Assembly: GCA_030324005.1 (NCBI GenBank)
Contig: JARDVH010000097.1
Coordinates: 12,484,478-12,548,477, forward strand
Direction: 5' to 3'
From: Negaprion brevirostris
Lineage: Eukaryota
DNA length: 64,000 nt
The position numbers and the translations under genes are program-made. The stretch's first letter is position 1, and the number at the start of each line of letters is the position of its first letter. Shown here one piece after another: positions 25,182-37,457 of the stretch. A model generated the notes under the pieces. That model made no database searches. It was given only the letters and a program-made list of their open reading frames with translations, and was not told the origin of the DNA.

Positions 25182-25522
25182 GTCAGAAGTGCGTATGGGA
25201 TGTGCTTTGAAGTGCAGCTTCAGCGACTGCCAAATTAACTTAACATTTGCATTTCACTGACCAAACATTTCATACTTCCATCAATAGTTCTTTATAATGA
25301 TTTTGGCTTGTGTGTTGTACATCATAATACCGTCTACCATCCACTGAATCAGCATATGCCTCTGCAATCAGTGGACATGAAGGCTTTGAACTAACGCATA
25401 CCATGACATGCTGGCTTAATTTAAGAGCTTTTGAAGACCTTAGAAGAAAGCATGTTACTTCCCTGCTATGTATATATATTCTGGCAGGTAAACCTTTTAT
25501 TATAACTGGATGTTTCTAACAG

Positions 25523-25780
25523 TAGCCAGAGTGGTGGGCCAGCTGAAACTCATTGGGCACTTTGTGATGACTCCTCCTCGGAGGAAGAGAAAGGTGCCGA
25601 TCCAGACATTGAGAAGGACGACTTGTTCGTGCGGAAACTGAACCCAGTGTTGCCCAGGAAAGGTGTTGCTTCCGATAGATTCCTCCCCAAAGATTGGACT
25701 GCAAAGGAAGCAGAACATTGGAGGCAGATACAGTTGGGTTCTCGAAGCAGACCGTGGTATAAGGAGTTCCAGTACATCAG
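25523..25780 (+). CDS. LMO7: LMO7 cassette exon (258 nt, phase 2-2): SQSGGP...PDIEKDDLFVRKLNPV...DRFLPKDWT...RPWYKEFQYI
   Basis: Hand translation; this exon is missing from the ORF track. Resembles recalled LMO7 KDDLYVRKLSPV...FLPKCWT...PWYKEFQGF. ctaacAG acceptor, GTTTGT donor. Confidence 0.9.
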
Positions 25781-25889
25781 GTTTGTCCTTGCTTGACTAA
25801 CATAGCGTGGAGATTTGCTATGATCGATTGCCCAAGGTGCGCCGCCGCACCCCCTCACACACACACACAGCTCATTACTATCCCTCGTT

Positions 25890-26180
25890 GCCCCAGTCAG
25901 AATGTTATGGGTTCACATCTGATTCCAAAGTGCTTGGGCACATGAAGGCTGACACTTCGCTGCAGTTCTGAAGGAGTGCTGCGCTGCCAGAGATGCCATC
26001 TTTCAAATGAGATACTAAACTTAAGGCCCTGTTTACCCCTTTGCAAGTATTTGAAGAAGGTTTTGGGGAGTTTCCTATAATTGCACTGATGACAACAGTT
26101 GGAAGATACTTTATTAGCTGCACAAGTGCTTTGGGATGTCCCAATGTCTGAAAAGTGCTATACAAATGCACTTTCTTTCT
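25890..26180 (+). mobile_element. DeuSINE (SacSINE1-like) fragment with L2-like tail
   Basis: GGCTGACACT..TGCAGTTCTGAAGGAGTGCTGCGCTG..AGATGCCATCTTTCAAATGAGA and tail AAGTGCTTTGGGATGTCC...GAAAAGTGCTATACAAATGCA. Related remnants at ~35385-35760 and ~1960-2070. Confidence 0.6.
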
Positions 26181-26740
26181 ACCTTTCTATAAAGAGTTTT
26201 TTTAAAAATCTCCTAAACTGAACTCCATCTATTACATTACTTTTCCTGCTTTTTAAAACAAAATTACTGATTTTTTTTTTTACTGATTTAATCCACTTTA
26301 TTTAAACCAAATGATTTGGATGTTTTTCACAAAATGAGCTCCGGAATTTTAATTACTAGTCAAAAAAAAATCTGAATTGCTCAGTCAAAATATGAAAAAT
26401 TGTCATAACATTTCATTAAAGGAACAGTTATTAATGGTATTTAGTTTGATAGGGGTGGGGGGGTGGATAAAATGGCATTCCTTTGACAGTTTTGGATTGT
26501 TTAATTTGCAAACTCACCCAGTGTCTGGTTGAGACAATGGTGTAGGTAGCAACTGAAGTAATTACAGCTCAAGCATTCTGCAAATTAAGAATTTTAATTG
26601 AGCAATGGATTGAGGTCACCAGATCAGGGTTGCTCACAATATCTTGGTATTTCAATATATTTTTTCACACATTATCAACTTTAAAGATTGCGACAGTTAC
26701 TGGCTATCAAATTGGTACTGGGGAAAAATAAGATTTCTGA

Positions 26741-27085
26741 TGGTGGCACAGTAGTTAGCACTGCTGCCTTACAGCCCCAGGGACCTGGCTTCGATTCCCA
26801 GCTTGGGTCACTGTCTGTCTGTGTGGAGTTTGCACATTCTCCCCATGTCTGCATGGGTTTCCTCTGGGTGCTCCGGTTTCTTCCCACCCCCCAAAGATGT
26901 GCTGGTTAGATTGATTGGCCATGCTAAATTGCCCGTTGGTGTCCCGGGTTGCATAGGTTACAAGGATTAGCGGAGTAAACGTATGGGGTGATGGGGATAT
27001 GGCTTGGATGGGATTGCTGTCAGTGCAGGCTTGATGGGCCGAATGGCCTCCTTCTGCACTTTAGGGTTTGTATGACTCAATGATT
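26741..27085 (+). mobile_element. HE1/V-SINE-like SINE, type A
   Basis: Family head, centre and tail. Confidence 0.85.
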
Positions 27086-27211
27086 CCTGTGAAACTACTT
27101 GACTTGAATTTGTTTGAATTCTGTCCATCTTATTTCTTTAACTTTCTGATAATCACTTTTTGCTCTCCTTGTGATCTTTTCCATTTACTGCTCTGCCACC
27201 CCCAACTGCAG

Positions 27212-27385
27212 AAGGAAACCATCTGAGTTGCAAGAGGATTTCAGTCTTAAGACAGCTAGCACTGGAGACAGACAGGAGGCCAGTGCTGTAAGTTACTGTG
27301 GGCGTAATGCTCCAGCTGTGAAATCGGTGACAGCAATGTCCCAAGAACAGCCAGAAGAAGTCACTTGCAGCTTAGATGCACAAAG
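27212..27385 (+). CDS. LMO7: LMO7 putative cassette exon (174 nt, phase 2-2): RKPSELQEDFSLK...TCSLDAQ
   Basis: Pyrimidine-rich upstream region with ctgcAG acceptor and AG|GTTACT donor. Open frame (ORF 27171..27695) and symmetric phase. I do not recognise the peptide itself. Confidence 0.55.
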
Positions 27386-27537
27386 GTTACTGTCTCTGCA
27401 TGATTCACTAACAATTAGTACTGGAAAGCACTGGTTTGTTCTGCCTTGCGTAAAAATAATACAGATAATGTCTAGACAACATTTTATATTAAATCAAGAC
27501 TCATCAGATCAGGCCTGGAATTTAGTAGAAAAACATA

Positions 27538-27865
27538 AGGTGGCACAGTGGTTAGCACTGCTGCCTCATAGTGCTAGGGATCCAGGTTCGATTCCGGCTT
27601 GGGTGACTATCTGTGTGGAATTTGCATGTTCTCCCCGTGTTGGCATGGGTTTCCCCTGGGTGTTCTGGTTACCAGACATGTGCAGGTTCGGTTGATCAGC
27701 CATGCTAATTTGTCCCTTAGTGTCCCAACATATGTGGGTTAGGGGGAATAGTGGGATAAAAATGTGCTGTTATGGGGATAGGGCCTGGGTTAGATGTTCC
27801 TTTGGAGACTTGGTGCCAACACGATGGGCCAAATGGCCTGCTTCTGCATTGTAGGAATTCCACAA
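27538..27865 (+). mobile_element. HE1/V-SINE-like SINE, type A
   Basis: Family head, centre and tail. Confidence 0.8.
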
Positions 27866-28371
27866 TGTAAAAAAAACGCAAAACTATTGACTAGCCAAAT
27901 ACATTTTCCTTTGTATTTAAGATTGTGAGCACATTGCAATATGCTAAATTTTCAACAATGTGACAGGTCACTATGGCTATATTTAGTCAGAATTTGGGCT
28001 TACCGCTAAACTGGTTGCTGCCTTGTGGCGAAAGACGACAACAACTTGTTTAATGTCTAACCCCACTGAGACAACTATGAAATCTGATCTCGGTTAACAA
28101 AATAATGTAGCACACTCTGATTGTGCTTGATCCACTATTCCATGATAATAACTTGAATATCAAATTGTCCTGGATGCATTGTTAATAGGCTCACGGCAAC
28201 TCATTAAATAATGAGCAAATATTTGTTACTGTGCTTTCTATCTGTCTTGCTTTCTTGTCTTTTTTTGGTATTGCTATGCATGCAAATTTTATTCTCCTGA
28301 TTACTTTCCAGTAAATCTTTCCTTTCCTCTCTTTCTTTCCAATCTCTTTTATATTAAAAATACATACGCAG

Positions 28372-29094
28372 CCTATTCCCACTGCGCCAAGCTCTGGATG
28401 CAAGTCGTACTTATTCAGAATTGGCGGACTTTTCGGTCCCCAGGCCAAAGGTCGATCCGGCCGCGGGTCCCCGGATTCTAACCCGGAAGCAGAATTCCTT
28501 GCAGAGCCAGCAGACCCCCTCCGCCAAGCAGGGAGAGGAGGCAAAGAAGGATGTGAAACCGGATTTGGAAAATGACGACATGTTCAGCCGTAAAACGGGC
28601 GCTTTCCATGCGAATCCTGACCTGAGCCTCTTGTGCAGTGAGAGCAGGAGCACCTCCGGGGCAAACGACTCGACTGAGCGACTCGTTGCGCAGGAGAGGA
28701 GAGACAAAACTATAATTCCGGACCCGGAAAAGGATGATGTAATTATTAGAAAAGAACGGCTTTCTCAAATGAAGCAAATAGTGCCTTCGGGGGCTCCAGA
28801 CGTGTACCATCCCGTTCCTTTCCCGGATCCGTGGAGCTTGCCGGAGCCCCTCCGCTCCCGATTCCTTTGTCCACCTGACCAGGCCTCGGAAGCAGCAGAA
28901 AGCTCGGACACCGCGTTGCCATGTCCAGTCAAGGACGACATGCTTTCTCGGAGAATGGCCTTGTCCCAAGCAAACCAGACAGTGCACTGTCGAAATTTTG
29001 CCCCTGCCTCATGTACTGAGGACGATGCAAAGAGGTGGGAGACTATAAGAGAGGCCAGCCGATTAAGATACAAGAAGCAGCTGCTGGTTGAGAG
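28372..29094 (+). CDS. LMO7: LMO7 large cassette exon (723 nt, phase 2-2): LFPLRQAL...KVDPAAGPR...PDLENDDMFSRKTGAFHANP...SGAPDVYHPVPFPDPWSLP...RWETIREASRLRYKKQLLVE
   Basis: ORF 28421..29173 extended in frame to the tacgcAG acceptor; GTCAGG donor. Several recalled LMO7 motifs. Confidence 0.93.
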
Positions 29095-29559
29095 GTCAGG
29101 GGCCGTTGAATCTATAAATGTGCGTTCCACCCGTGTCTCTGAGCCCCAATGTGACAAGTCCCTGTCGTACTGACTAAATTCTGCATGAGGAGTGAATGTG
29201 TGAAGTTTTTGTAATATTGAATTGCTCTTATATGAAGTATTTTAGTTTATTTATTAGGTAGGCTTACATTAACACTACAATGAAGTTGCTATGAAAATCC
29301 CCTATTCGCCACACTCCGGCACCTGTTCGGGTACACTGAGTGAGAATTTAGCACAGCCAATATACCTAACCAGTCCCACTTTTGAATGGGGTGGGGAGAG
29401 GGTGGGGTGGTGGTGGGGGTGGAGAGAGAGAGATCCATCCCACCATTTTAACTGTCAGGTTAAATAAAAACAGTGCACCCACATGAGCTGCCTCCCATGG
29501 TAACCATATTATTGGCTTGGCTACCAGAATGTTTCAGAAACTCAACTGCCCATTAACTG

Positions 29560-29960
29560 TAACTGTAAGGATAGATTGGAGAGGTTGGGTCTGTAAGGCT
29601 GAGTGGAGACTTGCTAGAGGTATTCAAGATCCTGAGGGATATGGACAAGGTAATTTATAGTGAGAAACTGTTCTCCCTCAAGGGTAAGTCAAGAAGAGCA
29701 GAGATTCAAAATAGTGAGGAAAAAAAGAGTACAGGCATTGTGAGGAAGAAGTTTTCTCCTTGTTTGGAGTCTGGCGCGAACTACCTGAGAGGCAGGTTCA
29801 ATCGAGATATGCAGACGGGAATTGGATTGCTATCAGAAGAGGAGGAACATGTAACGTTATGGAGATAAGGCAGGGGAGTGGGACGACATGGAAAGCTGTT
29901 TCAGTGAGCCAGTGCAAATTCAATGGGCTGTGTGGTCTCCTTTTGCACTGTAAAGATTCT
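29560..29960 (+). mobile_element. CR1-like LINE 3' fragment
   Basis: RLSGDLLEVFKILRDMDKV...KLF signature (ORF 29611). Confidence 0.65.
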
Positions 29961-30357
29961 GTGGGAGTGGAGAAGAAAACAAAAGGGCATGATGGGGTGG
30001 AAAGCAGGAGAGATTATGCAGGAAAAGGGATAATGGGCAAGGCTTGCAAAAAAGGAGTGGGAATGAGGCAGGTTGTGTTGAAATATAATTTGTATTGAGA
30101 GTGAGGGCAAGTTTTATAATATACGGTACTTTTAGACCTTCGAGTACTTTGTGAAGAAAGTGGATAGTAACATAGCAGCTGGCACTTGTGGTTTTAGGCA
30201 CTGCATTAAGTTACGTTTCACCACCTCCCCTGTAGTATACCATCAAATGAGGTGGTGTACCTCAGATAAGATGTGCCAAGCAAGAAGGCAGAATAATAAC
30301 ATTTCCATCACATTGCAGTCTGGTCCAATACCCTCCAGTGACCCCGTCACCCCCCTC

Positions 30358-30360
<3 letters not shown>

Positions 30361-30401
<41 letters not shown>
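30361..30401 (+). repeat. (CA)n microsatellite
   Basis: About 20 AC units. Confidence 0.95.
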
Positions 30402-30402
<1 letters not shown>

Positions 30403-30532
30403 CAAATGCAATTCAGATATTTTAGTACAGTTTTTAATTTTATTCAGTAGTGTATTTCAATTTCAAGCACAAATTTCATCATGATATTGCCCAGTGCTTG
30501 TTGAAATTGTCAGCTTGATTTTTCTTGTTAAA

Positions 30533-30845
30533 ATAAGACCGTAAGATATAGGAGCAAAATTAAGCCATTCAGTCCATCGAGTCTGCTCTGCCGTTCAATC
30601 GTGGCGGATATGTTTCTCAGCCCTATTTTCCCGCCTTTTCCCTGTAACCTTTGATCCCCTTACCAATCAAGAAATTATCTATCTCTATCTGAAATACACT
30701 CGATGACCTGGCCTCCGCAGCCTTCTGTGGCAATTAATTCTATAGATTCACCCACCTTTGCTGAAGAAACTCCTCCTCATCTCAGTTCCAAAGTGTTGTC
30801 CCTTTACTCAGGTTGTGCTCTCGGATCCTTGTCTAATGGAAACAA
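30533..30845 (-). mobile_element. CR1-like LINE 3' end
   Basis: ATAAGACCGTAAGATATAGGAGCAAAATTAAGCCATTCAGTCCATCGAG is the reverse complement of a CR1-type terminus. Confidence 0.65.
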
Positions 30846-31093
30846 AAATATCCATCACNNNNNNNNNNCAGTGTGATTTTTAATGTGGCCGTTCCCCTAG
30901 CAACCTTGGTGCTTAGATTACAAACGTCTGAAACTTTGGCTTTGAATGTATCGATAATCCATCAGGGCTTTTGATCAGTGACAGAATCCTAAAATCATAG
31001 TTACCACACCCTCCCCAACACCAAATTTAATGAGCTGGGAGTAAAGGAGAGAAATCATGTCTGATCTATTTGTCTGACCTACCTTGCTGAAAG

Positions 31094-31165
31094 CACAGTG
31101 AGGAGGGTTCACAACATCAGGTTAAAGTACTACAGGTTTATTTTGAATCACAGACTTTAGAGCAC
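31094..31165 (-). mobile_element. Penelope-like terminal-repeat fragment running into an N gap
   Basis: CACAACATCAGGTTAAAGTACTACAGGTTTATTTTG resembles the reverse complement of the family tail. Confidence 0.5.
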
Positions 31166-31265
31166 NNNNNNNNNNNNNNNNNNNNNNNNNNNNNNNNNNN
31201 NNNNNNNNNNNNNNNNNNNNNNNNNNNNNNNNNNNNNNNNNNNNNNNNNNNNNNNNNNNNNNNNN

Positions 31266-31690
31266 TGGATTGAGTTATAAGCAGAGGCTGGATAGACTGG
31301 ATAGACTGGGACTTTTTTCTCTGGAGCGTAGAAGACTGGGGGGGGTAATCTCATAGAAGTATATAAAATAATGAGGGTCACAGATCAGCTAGATAGTCAA
31401 CGTCTTTTCCCAAAGTTAGGGGAGTCTAAAACTAGAGGGCACAGGTTTAAGGGGAGAAATAAGAAAGTCCAGAGGAGCAATTTTTTCTGAAGATGGTGAG
31501 TGTCTGGAGCAAGCTACCAGAGGTGGTGATAGAGGCGGGTACAATTTTGTCTTTTTAAAAAGCATTCAGACAGTTACATGGGTAAGATGGGTAGAGAAGG
31601 ATATGGGCCAAACGTGGGCAATTGGGACTAGCTTAGGGTGGCATTGGCAAGTTGGGCCAAAGGGCCTGTTTCAATGCTGTAAAGCTCTAT
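31266..31690 (+). mobile_element. CR1-like (HER1-like) LINE 3' end
   Basis: LSYKQRLDRL..LGLFSLERRRL.G.LIEVYKIMR...ESKTRGHRFK. Confidence 0.8.
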
Positions 31691-32625
31691 CACAGTAACT
31701 CTGAGGAAAAGTGAAGATTGTTAAATGAGCTTAAATTTTATATTAGCAGCAACTAAATCCCTTGTGCTTTCACAAATTAGCGGGCGGTTATATTAAGTAC
31801 TAACACTAGGCACTTTACCCAAAATATGACTCTTATTGTGCAGTCTATTTTGGTAGATGTTTGTATGTTTGTGCATTTTACAAATGTTTAGCTCGTCATA
31901 ATACAGGATTTTAAGTTTGTTTAACACTGAAATTGTATTGCAGAAACAAATGCTTTTGGAACTCAATAAATGTGACTATCAAACAATAAATGTTAACATG
32001 TTATTAATGCTTCAGAGGTTTGCATCATTAAGGGCTATGAGATCTGTTGTCCTCCTTCATCTGATTCTTACGTTTTATTAGGTGTTTAAATGTGTTGCAG
32101 AGCCTAGTCTGCAAGTTTGTAGCACGGGGTTCACGTGTACAGCTTTAATGTAAAAAGAAATTGTGAATTAACATGGTGATTTTAGTTTCTCTTGACATTC
32201 TGAGTAAATGTCAGAGATGGCATTTTATATATGGCCTCTTCAAACATTTTTGCACCTTTGGCAATATTTCTGAGTTTGGGTATCAGCTGTATTTCGCACT
32301 GCCATTCTTTGATGTTTACCTGAGGTGGGTTCAAAACATTCTTCCTTTGATGTTTTATGTTTGCAAAATGGCTTTTTGTGCATCCAACCTTTTCCCCCAG
32401 TAATCATTGCATTTGTTACCGATATCACAAAATCACCTGTTTATTCAGCAGTGAATATTGAACAGGTATTTAGCAAACTGTGGTATAGGCAGATTATTTG
32501 TGGGAAGGTGTGGTGTTCTAACAGAACTACAGACCCAAGTTAACAACTGGAACCACCTTATGTTAAGCACGCTTTGTGGTGTTAAGGTACATGCTTTTTT
32601 TTATTGATTCTGTTCAATTCTTTAG

Positions 32626-32658
32626 ACTTCGTCAAAGGTCAGCTGATAGTGATCTAGG
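32626..32658 (+). CDS. LMO7: LMO7 micro-exon (33 nt, phase 2-2): LRQRSADSDL(G)
   Basis: T-rich tract with ctttAG acceptor and strong GTAAGT donor. Positionally equivalent to the recalled LFQKIYGENG segment before SKSMSD. Confidence 0.7.
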
Positions 32659-34819
32659 GTAAGTTTAATCACGCCTAAAGTGCTTAGCTGTTTGTGTGTA
32701 ATATGTGTTTTGTACCGTGCATTAATGTGCCATACAAACATAACTTGCTTGCAAAGACTAACAAAATGATGTGTTGATATTCCCTGAGTGCAAGTGTCTT
32801 TAAACTGGGATTTAGTTTTAATTGTCTCACGTGTTTCATGTCCTAATGCTTTCAATCCCTGAAAATGATAGTGAGTTTGCAGTCGTATGCTTCTGGCTGT
32901 GTCTGCAGCAGGCAATGTAATTAAACAGCGTGTTAAAGCTAGTATTAATTTTAACTGTTAATATTTGACAATTAAAAGATGAAGATGTAAAAGATCAATT
33001 TTTAGTCTGCAGACTTGTAATTTAGATCAATAAATTCTATCATGTGCCTTAAACCTAACGTCAGTCCAGATTTTTGGAGAAAATGTAAACTTTTAAGATA
33101 TGCATTCCAACTTAAATTCTTTTCGTATATAAAACCGGAGTTAAAACGGAATTAGAATAAAGATAAAGTAACTTGTGTTGAAGTGATTTCAAGATGGCCA
33201 GTATGTGCTTAAAGAAGAGACAGTTGGCCAGAAGCCAGTTTAACTAAGTTTCGGTGTCTTTTTGATGGTACATGTAATAATTCAAGTGGGTTTTGTGGGA
33301 GAATCATTAGCCCAAATGATTTAACTTCTGTAAATATTGAGCTTTAAGATTCCACACCAAGGTTCAAAAAGAAATCAATTTTTTTAAGCCCTCCAGCATT
33401 TAATGCAAATTTTAAAAAACATTAGACACTGCCATTTTCCTTTGTGTAGGAAGCTGCCTCTGCAGCTCCTGCAATCTTCTAGGCTGCTTGATGTATCCAA
33501 ATACAAAGGACAGGAGTATGCAAGTTCATTGGTAAAATGAGCTGAGCTAGTGTTTCAGAAATTTCTTGAGGTGATTTGCATTGTTTCAATGACAGCCTTG
33601 AAAGCTAGGTGGATTGGCCATGCTAAATTGACTCTTAGTGTCAGGGAGATTAGCAGGATAAATGTGTGGGGTTAAGTGGGATTGTTGACAGTGCAGGCCG
33701 AATGGCCTCCTTCTGCACTGTAGGGATTCTACGATCACTTTTAAGCGTCTGCCAGTTTTAAAATTTTCAGAGCTGTAAGTGGATGATATATTCTGCTTTA
33801 GTATCACAGTACGTTGATCGTATCCAAATCCTTCTCATTGTTTAAACAAATTATTAATAGTTCCTTGCAAAACCAGTGCTAATTGAGGAGCGCCCCATGT
33901 CAGTGTCGCAGCTGCTGGAGTATGATCTGCAACTAACGTCGCTGGCATGCTATGTGGTGATGGTCAAAGATAGTTGCACATTGCAGTTGGCTTGGGGGAA
34001 CAGATGCAAAGCAATGTTTGGCTTTTTTGCAGCTTGATTTGACTTTGGCTGACGGTATGTCCTATTCTTGTGGTCACTTATAGCTGTGGAATTGTAACAT
34101 GCATCTTGAATCCCACAGTAAGCGTTAAAAAGGTTTGCATCCGGACACAACACTGACATGAACTCAATTTACAAACTTACTATTGTGGGTATATGATTGT
34201 GGTCCAGTGAAGTAATAACTTTTGATCTTTTTTTTAATGAGCTACTGAGGTCGTACACGCCACTTACATTTTCTAATTAGTGATTATTCTTGGGGCCCAT
34301 ACTAGTTGGGGACCATCACCAAATATTAGTTGGTCGTCCGTTGTATGTTCCTTGTCCTCTATCTGATACTGACTCCAGGCACACATTTCTATCTGACCGA
34401 ATAGTGTATTCTAAATCTCGATTTCGATTGATTCTTTTTTTTTTAAATGTCCAGTCACGTGTTTCAGTATTAATTAAGTAATTAATGGCATGTTGCTCTT
34501 TAAATTAAGATCATTCAAACACATTGAAATTACAGGAATATTCTGATATGCTAAACCACCAAATGTTTCCTGAGTAAGTACGTTCACACTCTTGCTGAAG
34601 TTCAGCTTCCTATTAGCTTAGCGGCATGTCCGGATAATCTTAGTTTCTGAATTCTGTTAAATTGCCCAGCTGAAGCAGACACACTAATGTAGAGGAAGCT
34701 TTAGAGGTTCTGGTATTTTATGGAGGAGTGGCATGTTTTTTTTTTGCCAAGGCATTAGAAACATTTGTTTTAGCACTGGGAATGGGGAATTCCAGAGAAC
34801 TGTCAGGCATTTTTAAAAA

Positions 34820-35117
34820 TGTTTATTTATTAGTGTCACAAGTAGGCTTACATTAACACAGCAATGAAGTTACTGTGAAAATCCCCTGTCGCCACACTCC
34901 CAGCGCCTGTTCGGGTACACTGAGGCAGAATATAGCATGGCCAATGCATCTTACCAGCATTATCTTTTAGACTGTGGGAGGGAACCAGAGAATCAGGAGG
35001 AAACCCGCGCAGACACGGGAAGAGTGTGCAGACTCTACACTGATAGTGATCCAAGCTGGGAGTCGAACTCAGGTCCCTGGGCTGTGAGGCTGCAGTTCTA
35101 ACCACTGTGCCACCATG
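34820..35117 (-). mobile_element. HE1/V-SINE-like SINE, type B
   Basis: Reverse complement of the type B tail (TTTATTTATTAGTGTCACAAGTAGGCTTACATTAACAC) through to the head. Confidence 0.85.
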
Positions 35118-37038
35118 ATGCCTATTATTTGCCATATTGGACCCTGGTGTCTGATGTGACCATGCATTTGTTTTCAGTAGATTAGACTTAAAATGTCCAA
35201 ACCAGGACATTTCTCAACCTTTGCTGATGAGCTCCACCCTTCTCATGTTATAAGAAATCCATAGACTCCCTAAACCGCAAGTATTAAAAAAATGAGTGCT
35301 ATAATTAAATAAATACTTTTATTGTTTTTGTTATGCTTGCTTAATGTGTAATTTGATGCTATTACTGAACAACACCCCTCAGCATATCAGCTGTAGTTTA
35401 GATGGTAGCACTCCGCCTCTTGGTTACAAGCTTCTGTGTGCAAGTCCCCAGTTAAGGGCTTAAGTACAAAGATTTAGCTAAACGCATAAGGACACCGGAC
35501 AGTCCATTGTAGTACTGTGATTGATACTGTCTTGAAGAACAGGAGTTAGCTACAAAGTTCTAGCCATTACTTATTCCTCGGTCAACATCACTCAAACTGA
35601 TAATCTGGTCATTATCACTTTGCTGTTTTGGGGACACTTGCAGTGTACAAATTAGTTGCAATTAGCAGTTTCCCACAGTATAAGGCTGACCATACCGAGT
35701 GAGTATTTTATTGCGGTAAAACACTTTTGAGATGCCTGGTGGGTTGTGAAAAGTGCAATGAAATGGCTTTGATTACCACACATCCATTTGATGGTCCATG
35801 GCGTTGAGATTTATTCAATATCTGGCATCTAGTAATTTTTTCAACCTTTTGGGGATAAAAGCGGAACATGTGAATAACCTTCCCTTTAATTCTCATGCCA
35901 ACGTTCAAACGTAATGTCACAAGGCTTTCCTTCCCAAAAAAAGCACATTTTAAAAAAAATGCAAATACTAACACTGAATCAACGTTGCATAATCCACTAT
36001 AATTTTTATCAATCAAATGTACGAAATCCTCCCCCTTAACAATTGCCAGTCAAACTCCTCCTCGCGTATGCCCGGCACCATGAGGAAGTGGCAAATATCA
36101 GATGATCAAGCCTTTCGTGGTTGGTCCCTCAATCCTGGCAGGCTGATCTTAGATGTAAAGCATCTTTTTGTGTAATTGAAACATTCCAAAATGCGTCATT
36201 GGGTAAATGAGATACTGAATCTGTGACCCTTTTCAGGTAGTCAAACTCACCCAGGTTATTTCTGCCCAGTAGTAAGCAGCTAATTAATGGGCGTACGTTG
36301 TGTATTCTTCTACACGTTTTCTTGTTATCTTTGGCAGACTCTCTNNNNNNNNNNNNNNNNNNNNNNNNNNNNNTTGAGAATCTCTGGTTTAGATAACAAT
36401 ACCATGCCAGATTCCAGTTCAAATGGGTCTTGCGTATGTTGGTAAATTTCAACTCATAGTTCTTAGGGTGTTTTTTTTAAAATGGTTCACAGTGCACCAA
36501 TCTACGTATATCTGGGGTTTCACCTCACCGAAATGATCCTTGCAAGCAAAACGGGAATCTGATGGTTTGTGAATTTGACGTAACTGATGAATTTCAACCA
36601 AGACCATTAATGCTACTCAATCCTTTAGTGATATTTAACGGAATTGATTGGTGGCTTTTATTGTGTTAAATTGCGCTACCATTAAATCTAAATGCCCTGA
36701 AGGTTAGCATCAAATACTTAATGGCATTGTTACGCTGGAGCCATACTGAAGGTGGGCGGTAGTTGAATTTCTTGGCTAATTGTGCACAATATTTCATTTT
36801 CCAGAGAAAACTACTACTTAGTTGATTAGATACTGTGTATTCTTGTAATTATACCGCGAGACGTAATAGCATAATTATGTAAACAAACAGCGCCATGCTC
36901 CAGTCAAACTGCTCATTTGTACATAATGGAACTATTTTTCTCCCAAGTCAGTGATAAATGCTCTAGTCTGCGATGAACCTCCATTGATTCTTGTTTTTTT
37001 TTCCCCAATGGCTATTGAGTATGTCCTTTTCAATTTAG

Positions 37039-37159
37039 GAGCAAGTCACTCAATGACGTGTCTGCTGACTATTCCAGTGAAGCTGCTAGGGCCCTGCGAT
37101 ACGAGGAGTTGCAGCGAATGAAGACTACTCTGCGTGAGCAGGACCAGCAATGGCAGAAC
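37039..37159 (+). CDS. LMO7: LMO7 exon SKSLNDVSADYSSEAARALRYEELQRMKTTLREQDQQWQN
   Basis: tttAG acceptor, GTGAGT donor, phase 2->0. Resembles recalled SKSMSDVSAE...LRYEEMQKIKSQLKEQDQKWQD. Confidence 0.95.
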
Positions 37160-37457
37160 GTGAGTTAAGCTGTCTTGTTTCTCAAGCTCGCCCTATTTTT
37201 AAACACTCAGCCACTGTGATAGCTGCAGGTTCCGCGCGCAACCCGACTGAGAAATGGCTCCTTTGGCTAGAAATTTTTCATACGGTCCTTTGTAATTTTA
37301 AATTGGGTCCATAACAACCCACAGATGTTTGGCTTCATCCATGGAGGGCTGAGAGATCGTGGCCACAAATCCACCCTTCCCTCAACATACTTGGATGCAT
37401 CCTGTCCAATTCTGGTGACTTCAACTATAACCAACCTTTCAAATGTCAGCTCATTAT

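Noticed and set aside
28478-29157. Long antisense ORFs (169 aa, 130 aa) and similar ones opposite other exons
   Set aside because: Shadows of the GC-richer LMO7 coding exons with no independent features.
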